From Phoronis australis (taxonomy: Eukaryota > Animalia > Phoronida), in NCBI GenBank assembly GCA_002633005.1, contig NMRA01000394.1, positions 288,930-352,929 of the forward strand: a stretch of DNA of 64,000 bases, given 5' to 3'. Below the pieces are notes generated by a model. The model saw only the letters and a program-made list of their open reading frames with translations, ran no database searches and was not told the DNA's origin. Position numbers and translations under genes: made by a program. Each line of letters begins with the position of its first letter. The stretch's first letter is position 1. This document shows, piece after piece, positions 11,596 through 24,350 of this stretch.

Positions 11596-14383
11596 GTTGA
11601 CTGACTAGTAAATGAAAGCAAACGACGACGGAACTTAACACAACCGAGGTAGAACAATGACTGACTCGGCAGCTCTCACCGTCAAACTATATGAAAAGAA
11701 ATTGGCGCGAAATGCTTGCCTCCTAAAACGTCACTTCCGCAGTAGCGGACGAATAATTAATAAAATTACGAAAAGCTGTAATTAAGTGGAAAATATGTCT
11801 AGGATAACCAACCAACCTTATTTGAGCTCAAAATGACATGGAAAAAGGTTGCCTTCGCCTTTAAGCTTTGAGAAAAATTGTTATAAAATCAATCAGAAAT
11901 AAGCATGAACTTGTCGAACTATTGCTGCACACTCCAGGTTGTCTAATCGGGAACCGTCATCCCACGAGTCCGAAGGTTCACTACTTCCGAGGTTTTACTT
12001 CTTAGAAGATTTAATTACTACACCAAAATATATGAAATTTCGTACTCCAGTGTAACTTTTTTTCTTTTTTAACAAAGACGACTTTTCGGTTATTCGACGA
12101 AATGTGTCAACCGCAAACAACGCCTGCGTAATGCACTTTGTCAGTTCGAATTTGCTATGTAGACATGGCAAAGTTGGACTCCAAAGCGTGCCAAGAATAC
12201 ATAACAATGAGTGCCGTAATTGCATTCCATAGATTATGAAAAAAGAATATTAATGATGTATCAACAACGGCGCATTCACCAAATTCATGCCCGGGTTGCC
12301 CCATTTCACAGCGCGACAGAAAATTTATCCCCAGCGCCTCAACCTGGCTCACTTACGGCACCGTAACCACGCCCCTCGTGCACGACCGGGTTGTCGAAAT
12401 TGACCTGGAGTAGGCTACCCTGTTCTTGCCAGTCTTCACTAAGAGGGCACAAATACAATACATTACGCATACCTTAGGAGCCGAGGCCTCGGAGTCGAAG
12501 TCAACCTTCGACATGGACGGTGAACCTCGGCTTCCAAAGAACCTCTCTGTCAGTGGCTCTTACGGAAAAGCCCGTTTTTCCAAAATCGCTTTGCCTAAAA
12601 CAAAAATACCCACGGGGTTCTTTCGAAAAGGGTAGTGGGAACCACTAAAAACGTGTACAAGTGGCCACCCACAACACCCTAGTCACATTGAGGTGTGGGT
12701 TTCAAAGTGTTCGGTCTTAAGGAGTAGGGGACCGGAATTAAGAAAATTGAACTCGCTGATGGTGGCTTTGGAGGAAGTGGTTCGTTTTTATACAACTTGA
12801 GGTTTCACTGTTAATTAGTAGTTAGGTTACTCCGAGTCCGGCGACACCTCCGGCGTTGATGAGTGATTGAAATATCTGAAAAATTTCAACACTGTTTTAA
12901 AGGAAATTATTTGAAACATTCCAACTCTTTTAAAAGAAAACATTATTTTGCCACGTTTTCCATACACTTGACCAGCTACAGTACTGCAAAACGATCCCAA
13001 AAAACAGGGAGGAGTCTTTTACAGTCCTGGTTTCCGAAAGAGCCCCTACTATATTGGGAAAAAACCTATGACACTCTTTGCTCTAAAATATCGCCTAAGT
13101 GACTATTGTCACGTGAACATTTTTTTAACATCTGCATATTCCTATACGAACATCTCTTGAAAAATTTATTAAGTTTTCATTTCAAAGGATAGCTCAGACT
13201 TCGGCTAATAATTAAAAGTTTTGGAAATATCCAACGTACTGTAGCCAGTAGATTGACTTCCTATTCTGTTTGCAAGAATTTCTCATGTATGTGAAAACAA
13301 CATGCACAATTTGTAGAAATGTCATTTAAAAAAAAAAACAAGACTACGAGATTTTTTGCTCAACTACTTCCCGTTGTGAAACTGGTATCAAATTGTTCCT
13401 TAATCAAATTGGAAATTATTTAAAAGAACTCCGTTAGATATAGCTGAAGATCAGAATCTACGACTGGGGCCGAGAAAATCGAGACATTTCACATTCCAAT
13501 TGACGTGATGAAGAAATTATTAGTTTTCAATGACCTTGATGAGATTGTTGATTTTAAACTTGCAAACAATGTATCGAAGCTCCTTTCCTGGTTTTCAAGT
13601 TACATTCGAAATAATTTGAGAACAAACTTAAAAGGGACTTTTCCGTCGCAAAATCCCACGTCAAATTTCGGGTGCGCAGACCCAACACAGCGCGTGCCTA
13701 AAGCAACACAAAATTTGGGACTCAACGCATTGTACGCCCGGCGAGTTACGCTGCAATGCGACATTCGCGGTATCACTCGACCAACCTTTCCACGCAAAAT
13801 GCATTTAGGGGGCGAACGGCAACATTTAGTGCCGTGAGTAAGCTGTTGAATAGGCACTCGTTTTCGAGGTTTGCGTTTCAACTGTTCATCACGTCACTTA
13901 AGTCAAACCTTTCACAACCTGTTAACTGAGAACCTCTAATTATGGAAGGTCTAAGCATAAGCTAGCTTTGACGCAAGAACAGATGGTTAGTTCGTTTAGC
14001 ATTGATCTCGGGGAGTCAAGAAGAATTAAAAATGAACACCAACTTGGGACATGTTTTATTCCACGCACACATAATCGATCACTCTCAATAAGACAAGTGA
14101 ACATCCTCTGAACACATTTGTCAGTAAAGTTGTCACTAATATCTTAAATATACAGCCGATCTTTCCAAAATGAACAGAAGAGATGGCAGATTGAAAACAT
14201 TGTGCCAGAATTCACATCAGGGAAAACATGTAACTCAACATCACACTACAATTTACTTTCTAAAGCAGTCATCATCACGACCATCAATGCAGAATAAAAT
14301 TGTGTAAGTTCTTAACATGTACATTCAGAATGACATGACTTATAAATAAGACTGGTAGAGGCTTTACAAAGAAGACATGTCCT

Positions 14384-17300
14384 CTATTTCCTGAAGTACT
14401 CGGCAGTGCCCCCATCTATGGCACCTTGTTTTTCTATGATTCTCCGCTGTAGTTCAGCTTGTTGCCATTCCTTGGTGATAGTTGAAGGCAGAGGATTGTA
14501 CACTACAAGACAAAAGATAAACATGAAAGATAACTTGCGGTATACAACATCACAACAAAAAGGTAACACAGAAGTTTTTAAAAAGTTGAGGATTTTCATC
14601 AAAGTTCCTTTGGTTTGTCTAAGTTGTGGTGAAAACCGAAAAGAAACTCCCACGAAAAACAGCACCAGAAATTATTACTTAGAAATTTCCGCAATTTACG
14701 AGAAGAAAGTAGTTTAAACAATGAAAGGAAACAGTCAGTGTTCAAAATAACATCTTTGCACTTAAATGTCTGCATGTGCATAAGTCAGCAAAAAGCCAAT
14801 ACCTAGACCCCCTAAATTATAAACCAAAATGAGATTCTGCGAAATCTTCTAGAACAAGGCAAACCCTTGATATGAGCCCACACCATGTGCATCACATAAA
14901 GTGCAAATACAAGGGATCATCATCATTTTAAACATTACCACTAAAAGGAATATTGCTAGCAAACTAGCTCCTGGGAGGTGCAAAGCAAGTCAGCAATGCT
15001 CTTCTCAATAGAAAAAAAACTGCCACCATTCATCAAGATTCTTCAACCAGACACAAATAAAAGGCCAATAGGGGGCGCGATGTGGGCCAAATACGTTAGA
15101 GAGAGGGCATGGGCTGTCTTGACAGAACCTTATTTGCCAAATTCCGCATACATCCATCAAACAACTAGGCAAATGGAAAGAAAAATAAAAACTGCCATCA
15201 GGCACACACCAGAAACCAGACTCAAAAATAATGAAAATGGCCACCAGGTGGCATTCAAAAAATTAAACTCATCCGAAAATGGAAAGGTGTTATGTTCTCT
15301 TTAATACAAACCTATTTGCCCATTTACATGTAGATGAAAATCCATCATGGAACTCCAAAATACAGAAGAAATTGTAAAACGCTAAACTGCCACTAGGAGT
15401 CGAACTCACAACAGAAATCGGATTTGTCCAAAAGTCATGGCTATCCAGAGACATGTTCAAAGAATACACTTCCCAAATTCAACAGGAACAGCTCACAACT
15501 CCGAAGTTGCTGTAGCCCCACAGTCTATTAAGGTGGAACTAAGCCACAAGAAGAAGTGCAATTTCTGTCAGTATTCTACAAAACTCACAGTTGCGCCCAG
15601 AAAACCATCATAAGAATGAGTCAATGACTGAACTAAAAATGCCTAGTTTTCATATTTTTGGTGGAGGGTGCATCACCCTTCTGACTCAAGTTTTTGCAAG
15701 TTTAATGCGTCATTATTATTCCCGATAAGCAATTATATTACATATTATTCACTTTGTTTTTTTTCATAGCCAGTGCTTCTGGTAAGTGATAAAATGGAAC
15801 TTGCACACTAATTCCTGATTTCTGAGATTGCTTGGCCAAATTAAATACAAACACAACATATAGCGATGATGTGAATGAAGAAGGTTGACAATTGCCAAGT
15901 TGTTTTAAGAACGAGTTTTGTGTCGAAAATGATCCCTTGTAAATCACGGTATCTAGAATCATGAAGTAGTGTTGAGGAATAACACTGCGTGACGCCGCTA
16001 TGTGAGCCCCCAGGTACCTCATAAATGCAAAGGTCACCTATTCACAGGAGTTTTTGTTTTCACATTTACAAATGGTCAATGAATACAACTGCACTTTGTT
16101 TAGCAAAGATGATGTTCGTAGCACTGAATAGTTAGGCTGCGGCCACAGGCATTTTCTAGTCCCTAGAATTCATGTAAAGGGCGTCAGGTTTGGCGGCTGT
16201 TTTGCGGAATGGGTTGAAAGTCATTTCAAGGTAACTGATTTGCTTATGCTTTTGAACAAGAAAAGCCAAGTTTTATAGTCATAAACTACTTTTGATTTAA
16301 AACTGTGACTGTCACTTGCTTTCAACCCGTTGCCTGCTGTCTGAGAAACCAGGTGCAATTTCAGGTGTCTGTTAAACAGATCAAAACTGCCAAAAAAGTA
16401 GCTGGTAAGGGGCATACTACGACCACATTTTTAAATTCGAGGGAGTACGAGCATTCTGAATATGTAGTCAGTTTTTTCTAGCACTTGCAGGGAAGTGCTG
16501 ATTTTGGGGAGAAACCTGTCAAATTTGATGTTTTTTGGAAACATTTTTGTGTGTCGGGGATTTTTTTCCAATGTGAGTTAACCTCTTATCTGTAGCATAA
16601 TTAAGTTTCAGTTATCATGAGTAGTGCTTTGAGTTGGGAATGCTACAAAACCCTTTGCTTTTTTCAGACTCTTGATAAGAAGTGCGAAAAGGCCTCAGCT
16701 CTACTTCGGTGTGCTCATCAGCCAAAACCTTTCAAACAGCATTGCCGTTTAGTTCCTGCTATACATTAGCATAGTTCAGAGATTGTTTTTCACATCTATT
16801 CAGTGACCTACTGATTCATGCACAGAGCATGCACATCTTCAGACTAGTGCACATTCAGACTACTGCCATGTAACTAATTTAACAAAGACTCTGAGAGAGG
16901 TTTAGTACAGCCACAGAGGTGAAAAAAAATCTGCTAGGGTGACCACAGTAGTAAAGTCGCCCAAAAATCATCGACAGTTGTGCACTTCCCAGACGGAACA
17001 CATACTAATTTAAATATTAGTCCATAGAGCAGTTAGTCTAAATGAGAGGCGGAGGACAAAAAGTACTCAAAAACAGTAAAAATGGCCATTAGGTGGTGTA
17101 CTATAAGTCGAATCCATCCCAAAAATGGGCAAATTTTTGTAATTTTTGGCCAAAGTTCATGAAAATTCATCAGAGAATTCCAAAGATACAGATGCAAAAC
17201 GTAAAAATAAATGCCACTAGGGGGCACAGTGGTAGGTGGATCCATCTAAAAGTCATGATCCATTGCAACATTCATAGAAATACACTTCCCAAATTAAAAA

Positions 17301-20300
17301 TTATACTACGAGTTTAATAAAGATCTACAGCTGCATCCTCAAAAAACAATACTGCCACTCAGAGATGCCACAGTAGTCAGAGTAGTCTGCAGATCGTTAT
17401 CAGTAGTGCTCTGCATAGCAAGAGCTCATGTCAAATTTATAATGCAGTGTTCTCCACAACCTGTTTTGACTCGTCACAGCGTCAAGTTTAAATTTTGCCG
17501 CAGCGAGTTTGGCCTTTCTGTGTAGAGTTTGAAAACTGATGCAACGAGTTTAAACTTTTGGGAGATAAGGATATTCTGGCCTTTTGGTACCAGAGAGTTC
17601 TATGCAGTATTCCAAGACTTAACACACAAACTCTCAACAGTATGGACATGGGTTTTCAATCAGGCACATGAATTTTTAATTCCAGTCGACTTTTCTGTTG
17701 TGAAGAACACTGAAATGAAACCAAGACTTGAAAATCGCAAAAATGTGCACTAAATTATGCAGAACATGGCAGAACCATCCAAAAACGTGAAGGCGACATC
17801 GCCTTCGTAGTACACAATTTTCCCAAATTTCATGAAAATCCGAGGAGTTTTGCACATAAAGAGGCAAAGGTAATAAAATAAAGTTCCCACTTGGAGCCAT
17901 AGCAGTTGTCGGATCCATCCGAAAATTTTGTCATGCCGTCGCACCTATGAAAAGAGCAACTACCCCCCAAGAGGTTTTGGAGTAACAGCAGCAGATGCAA
18001 AATGGATGTCAGATTGTCCGAAGAACAGAGGTGATGGTATAATGCATTCACATATATATAAGGGCACATAAAAAGTATTGCACAATAAGGAAATTCCAGA
18101 TATCAATCAAGTTGGTGGTACTGGAAAAATGCTTACCATATTTCTTGACAAACAGACACACCCATCCTGCAATCGACACAGCAATTATAACTCCACCAGT
18201 GATGAAACGCCAATCACCTGAAGGTGCTCCCATCTCAGCAAATGTCTGGCAGAAGCTTGCTCTGTACACTATCAAAAAATATTAAGTTATGAACTATATA
18301 GGTAAGGTAGATCGGAGTCAAAGAACAAAATTAATACTAAGTTTGGACAAGCAAGAAGGATTGAATGTTACTCAGCAATAATATTGATACTAAAAATAAA
18401 AAGCTACTGTACAGGGATATCTATTTTAACATTTACCAAACTTATTATCAATATGTCTCATAAAGACCAATGCAGCACCAACTTTAAAATTGATTGTTTT
18501 GCTTCATTTTCGGTGCAGAACCTTTTGTTCTGCTTTTTAACTTGACAGGTGATGAATTCTCACTACACATATTAAGAAAATCTTGGACCAATTGAGGCTC
18601 ATTCATTGTTTCTGCTAAAACAAGCTTGAAGTATTTGACTGTGCTTCTTCCATTTAGCCTAATTAGCATCAAGTGGATATTAAACTTATAACGCTTGACA
18701 TTTTATTTTTCCTTTACTAAATTTGAAAACCTAATTTACTTAACAGGTGGCAGTACAGTGTTAAATCACAGTTATTTTGCAGATCATAATTCATCTTAAA
18801 GCCGCATTTTGCCCGGTTTAGCAGGCAAACAATGACAATTGAATCTGGCTTTTTTATTGTCATGAAATTCTCCTCCTAATGTCCCTAACAGTTATTACCT
18901 TTTCGTTACCAACATCAAAACCATCGGCAACTCAAGAACACTTCAGAGTTAATTAGGGTTGGCCAACATCAAAAATCAAAAAACACATGTATCCATTGCC
19001 TGCAACTTTAGTTGTTAACGGAAATGGAATCCTGGCACAGTAAAGAATGCTGGACCAATTTTATGATTGAGTATAAGGCCTAGTTCAATTTTGATTTTTG
19101 GTTTTTAGCCAGCTAACTAAAGCAACATGAAGCTTCAAAACATATCTTCCCTCGAACAAGGTCACCAAGCAATTCTGTTCAGTCATATTGGTCTCTTGTT
19201 TTCATACAACACTAAAACTCCTACATATGTTGTCGGAATTCTCACATCCCAGATTCAAATCTCCCTCTCTTATGCACAGGTACAAAAACACACTAAATGA
19301 TTGACCATGCCTTTGAAAGGTCAGCGGACCAACACGCTTCTGAGCAGAATAAGAAAAGTGAGGAACAGGTTCTCAAATACACTTCGGGGTCTGTATTGCA
19401 AGTCACAATGCAAAATTTTGTTGCAAAGTAAAACTTGACAAATTGGCATCAGAAGGATAAATGGGAAAGCAATCTTACTCTAATACAGCAATTACCACTA
19501 CAACAGTGTACAATTGTGATGCAACTGCCCTATGGACACACAGCATTGTGGGTAAATACTGCAAAATTAGAGGAACCAGTGAAATTCAGGAAAGTGGCAA
19601 TTTCGTGAGACATGGGGACACTGGCATCCTTGCAAGCAGAAAAATCACAATGGTCTTTAAAAAACAGTGGCAGGTGTGTGTGGAAATTAAAAAGTCTTAC
19701 GAAAAGGCGCGAATGCAGTCAATGACAGGAATACATCAGTCATGCTTCATGAAGATACAATAGACCCTTGTCAACACTGAGGCCAACATCTAAAAATCTA
19801 CCAAAAACATGATCTCCTCAATATTACAGCATGTTTGCCAGATTTCATAAGAATCCTCAGTATTTGACAGATGAAAATTCCCCCCCCACCCCACACTACC
19901 TTTTCCAGTAGTCTATCGCCCTCAAGAAGGTGGGAACTTTTTGGTTTGGAAACAAGATACTGCTGTAAATCAACTGTGAAAGCATGTGAAATCCTGGTTG
20001 TAAAAAAAACATAAACGTAACAGCTTACACACTCTCTTCTCTTCAATAGAAAGATTTTTCCAGTCTCCCTTCTCCTTTTCTCGTAATTCAGCAACCTCGC
20101 CTGTGTTTTCCCTGAACCTTATGGCAGGAAATGGAAACTCTACTCTATCCATGTAGCTGGCTGTTCCATTGAAACCAAAACCAACAATATCCCTGGATCC
20201 TGGAAACAGAAGCAGCTACACTTGCAAAAATGTACAGGTTTTCCAAAGACATTGACATGCTAGCAAAGAAGCAAGCTTTATGAAGGCACTGAAATTATTA

Positions 20301-20517
20301 AAGAGCCTTTATGAACACCACATGTAAATTAAGTGGCGTGATAAGAGCTGCAGCAAGAGCCATTTTTATGTCGATACAGGGCACACTTACCTATTCTCGG
20401 ATGAAACTTCTCCCGTTCAGCAATGGTCATTTCTTGCTGCGTAGAGGCTGTAGTGGACAGTGCCCTACAGGGGACTCTAGCCACTTTAGCCACTGTACGC
20501 ACTAAGTTGTTCGCCAT
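14384..20517 (-). CDS. COX4: Cytochrome c oxidase subunit 4, upstream paralogue (copy B), 182 aa; exons 20517-20391, 20199-20029, 18268-18137, 14502-14384
   Basis: GT-AG introns with the same exon sizes as copy A (127/171/132/119). MANNLVRTVAKVARVPCRALSTT...PRIGSRDIVGFGFNGTASYMDRVEFPFPAIRF...LREKEKGDWKNLSIEEKRVLYRASFCQTFAEM...VYNPLPSTITKEWQQAELQRRIIEKQGAIDGGTAEYFRK*. Minus-strand AATAAA at 14055-14060. Confidence 0.96.
14990..18069 (-). mobile_element. Fragmented HINE-family copies in COX4 copy B intron 3 (about 14990-15520 and 16900-18069)
   Basis: The reverse complement of 18030-18074 gives the family 5' end (tttttATGTGCCC..ATATATGTGAATGCATTATACCATCACCTCTGT). Monomer cores on the + strand: GGCCAATAGGGGGCGC 15063, GGCCACCAGGTGGC 15239, GCCACTAGGAG 15389, GGCCATTAGGTGG 17083, GCCACTAGGGGGCAC 17213. 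Confidence 0.65.
17445..17712. mobile_element. MITE (hAT-like CAG termini, 268 bp) nested in the HINE
   Basis: 16-bp TIR CAGTGTTCTCCACAAC / GTTGTGAAGAACACTG with one mismatch. TSD not cleanly resolved (taatg / aaatg). Confidence 0.6.
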
Positions 20518-23500
20518 TATCTGAAACCAAACATAATGTAGTCCAGTAACTCTACAAAACATGAACACGCTACACGCTACACAAACCCAAGACTTAAGAC
20601 AAAAAATCTTTAGCATTTCAAACTTTACATGCATACTGATCGTGATAAGTTTTAAGTTTCTTGTGAATTGCTTTTTTGATTAAATTTGGAACTTGAGTGA
20701 CTGTACAGATAGTGAACATTCTACTTCGAATCAAAACAATTGTCAACAACTATTCAAACAGTACAATGCGCAAAGAAAAGCGTGTAAAAGCATTTGTGGG
20801 AGAGCTGAAAAGGCTTAAAACTAACATCTGAAACAAGTCTTAATCTAGCTCAATTAATGCTTCCACATTCAAAAAATTATCCTGCGAGAACTCATACAGC
20901 GTGTCATGATCACCATGAACTCCATGTTTCAATATGCTCATTCCCAACACCAAGCAATCAATTGAAATGCTTCGTTCACAGAGATTGCTAAAAGGTGGCC
21001 ACACAATATTGAATCAGGTATAGGCTTGCAAGGCTTGTACTTAAAAGACATCCTTAAGTTAAGTACCAAGAGCATTCCTATAGACTTTAAATTGCTAGAA
21101 GCCAAGCAACAGTTAACAAAAATACAACGAACAACAAAATCGCCAGAATTCATGGTGCTGGCAAAGATGTTGCTCAGCTCATGAACTTCTTACTCGTTAC
21201 CATATTCAGTTTCCTTTTGATGTCTACAAATATGTGAAGCTTTGATTGGCTAGTAATAACATACATGACTTCGAACTATTCCGATTCGTTGCCACAACTG
21301 AAAATCCTAACAGGTCATCAAGGCGTGAATGCCAAAAACTGTTCACTGCTGAGATGAGCGGCACCCTCTACTTTTCACCAATTTTTAATCACGCACACAC
21401 TGCTTGAATTAAATCATACATAATTTGCTTCATTGAATTGAATTTATTTTTAAACAGTTTGGTGCTTTCAAATGCAGATAGAAGGGGTGCCTTCCGTAGA
21501 CACGAGACCCTCAAGAAGGATGCACAGAGTATGGTCACAGGGTTCACTCATAATACTAGCTGATATCTTAGAAATTTCAAGTTTTAAGGAAGTTCTTGTA
21601 TAGATCTATGGTACACATAACACATGCCTTATCACTTTCAAGTCACCTGGCTAAGTGAATGTTGTCTTGTTTACCAGCAAAACTAGGAGATGGAGTAGAT
21701 CTTATCAATAATGTGGTTTGCAAGCTGTGGTGCATTTGGCTAGATTTAAGTCACAAAAGATACCACTGAAATTTCAGCACAGATCCTAACCTGTACACAG
21801 ATTAAGTGGTAGGCCTCTAGAGAAAGTTCGAATATTCACACAACCAACATGAGGTATGCCAATAATTTGTACTGCACCATTCCCAAAGATCAACACTCCT
21901 TTCGACCTGGACACGCAACACCTCGTGAAAGTTTTTTGAGAGGAAGTTTTTCATACCATTCGAGTAGCAAAATATGAATAACGCAAAGAAATGAGAGTTT
22001 GCACTCAGATTTATCTACGTAGTTTATATCTTCAACAACTTTGATGACATTCACCAGGCAGGTAACTCCTAGAATATTGAAACACTTCAACATCATGTCT
22101 CCACAATTTCAAGTACTCAGTTCTTAGCTACTCAAATACATGTGTCAGTTAGAGAGCGGCGATTAAATTTTCGTGCGGCCAACTAACCTTACTGCAAATC
22201 TTTTGAAAATGGGATTTGTGTAATCCAATGCCAAAGGTCATGGGCGGGTGGCCAGGGTGAATGGTTTAGGTTAAGTTTCAAACCCAATTTCTTCATATGT
22301 CAGATTAAACAACCACACCCCTATTTCCAGTATAGCCAATTTAAGGACCCAGAGTGTTCATTCGAATGTTTACCACATCTAAAAGCAGTAAAAAGAGAAC
22401 TTTTGGCAATCATTTTGAAAGTCAATGCATGACTTTTCAAAACAGGTTATGGAGAACATTGAATGACATAGATGTCTATTCCCAAACTGGTCACTATATT
22501 TCCAAACAGATGGCACACCATGCACACGTATCACAAGTGCTGCCAAACAGGTTGCAGTGAGATGTTCAAACGGGTTGTGGGGAATGCTGGCATCGAATAT
22601 TTATGTCTGAGTTTGATGGCACACACAGTCTTTGTGACTTTATTTCACAAAGATACTTTAAAACAGTATATTTCTGTGCCCAATTGAGCATGCAAAAGTT
22701 CAAAATTGTGAACTCGGCTGGAAAACATATAGCAAGCTATGGAAAAATTTAAGGTGTTGGTGAGTTGAGCAACTAATATTTTTGCAGTACTTGGTGTTCC
22801 AGCTAAAGTACACACCGGCAATCTAAGGAGACATTTTGCAAGCTGATACTTCCCAAATCGGACTCTGCCAAATATTACCACTTGAACAAATTATCATTTC
22901 ACGTACTCCGTGACTGGAGTACTAAAAAATGAAACATTTGCCCCGTCACAAATTTACCAAGTAACCAAGTGTATCAAAATTTTTGTCTAGGTGCCTGGAA
23001 CTAAAACAAGGATTTGTTGTCAAGAACAATGGTCAAATGTTACACCAACAACATGCAAAAATGCAAGCAACAATATGAACAAGCTCTGCAGTGAAGCTAA
23101 CTTGAATTTCAAGCTGAGCAAGCCATTCAGTATCCCAGCAACAAAGCACACTTATTGCTATGCCTACTGACCTTGATGAAATTACTGGTGACATAGAACA
23201 TTTCAGGCCAAGTTGGTGAACAAGCTACGAGCAACTTGTTCGCTTTCCAATTCTTGTCAACCTCAGGAAATAATACCACGCAGCACACTCGGTTGAGAAT
23301 GTTATCATCATTAACAAAACGTTGCGCCTTGAAATGAGGTCATCAAACTTGCGGTGATTGATTCTCTCTTAACAAAAGGGTTTACAGTCAAACAAAGTTT
23401 GCTTAAAAATTGTGACCATCAGGGGTTATTGTTTTCAAGTCTCATGATGGGTGAAACAACTTTGTCTCTCTACAGTCTACAAACAGCAAAATAACAAGGC

Positions 23501-24254
23501 TGCACAGATTTCATATCTGCATTACACTGCTGGACTTTTCTGCATCTTATCCCCAGCCATTTCAGTATTGTGGAAAAACGATACTTCATTTAACAATGGT
23601 CAATTAAAAATTTCACGGATTCTCTCAAAGAAATTGTGACACCGAGGCTAACTAAGCAGTATTTTTAGGCAGGGAATATGAGGGTTAGTGCTTCTAGGTA
23701 ATGTGTCACTACAATTTTATACATAACAAAAGTTCTGATACGAACGTTGGCTCAGGATGGACTTAAAAACACTGATCGGGATTGGGAAATGTTAAAAACA
23801 GTTTACAATATACTACAACTAGTAAATTACTGTAATCGGGGAGACAATTACATCGGATGACAAACTTTTGAACTTGAAAGTAGCGCATGCTCAGAAATTC
23901 AGGTTTGATGGAACTTACTATCACCAGTACAATTTATTTGGTCGCATGTAAAAAAATCGTGCTATGACAATCACAGGATGTCTTATCAACAGCAACGTTT
24001 TTAGCTTCCGTCTCGTCCGTGCCATCTAAGTCACGTAGACCGGCTAGGACGGTGCGGTCACTGCACCGCACACAACACAAGTCAAGAGTGTGTGACTTGG
24101 TGAAACAAAAGTTCTACGAAATCACAGTAAATTAGGTAACTTAAGTGATGAAAATTACTAATAAGTGATTTTCACGTCCAGATGGCATCACTTCACAAGG
24201 CACTGTGATGAACAAAAGTGAGAAATTTCATATGCACTCGGAAAATAATTTTAC

Positions 24255-24350
24255 CTCAAACAACTCGCTTCCAAAGATGGCGTAAAAGTGGCCTCTCGCT
24301 GTTTCTCGTTGACCTATTTTTGCTCGAGATCAGGAAGTGGTTCGTGACGC
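24255..24350. promoter_or_regulatory. Putative bidirectional promoter between COX4 copy B (-) and SYS1 (+), including the donor of a non-coding COX4 exon
   Basis: Minus-strand donor GAG|gtaaaa at 24255; YY1 motif AAGATGGCG at 24274-24282; ETS motif CAGGAAGTG at 24331-24339; CRE-like GTGACGCA at ~24344. Both ATG-containing exons (COX4 20520, SYS1 25092) start at an acceptor, so both genes need upstream UTR exons. Confidence 0.55.

Larger units (their letters stand above)
10244..11860. mobile_element. Kolobok-type DNA transposon, internally deleted and non-autonomous (1617 bp)
   Basis: TTAA on both flanks (10240-10243, 11861-11864), AGG...CCT termini, and 158-bp near-identical TIRs (10244-10401 / 11703-11860). 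Inside are convergent THAP-transposase and KolX-like gene remnants; no DDE core remains. Confidence 0.88.

Noticed and set aside
23200-23315. Minus-strand C/D-box-like pattern in the COX4-B 5' intron (similar pattern at ~14217-14278)
   Set aside because: No convincing terminal stem and only a short imperfect rRNA complement; expected by chance.
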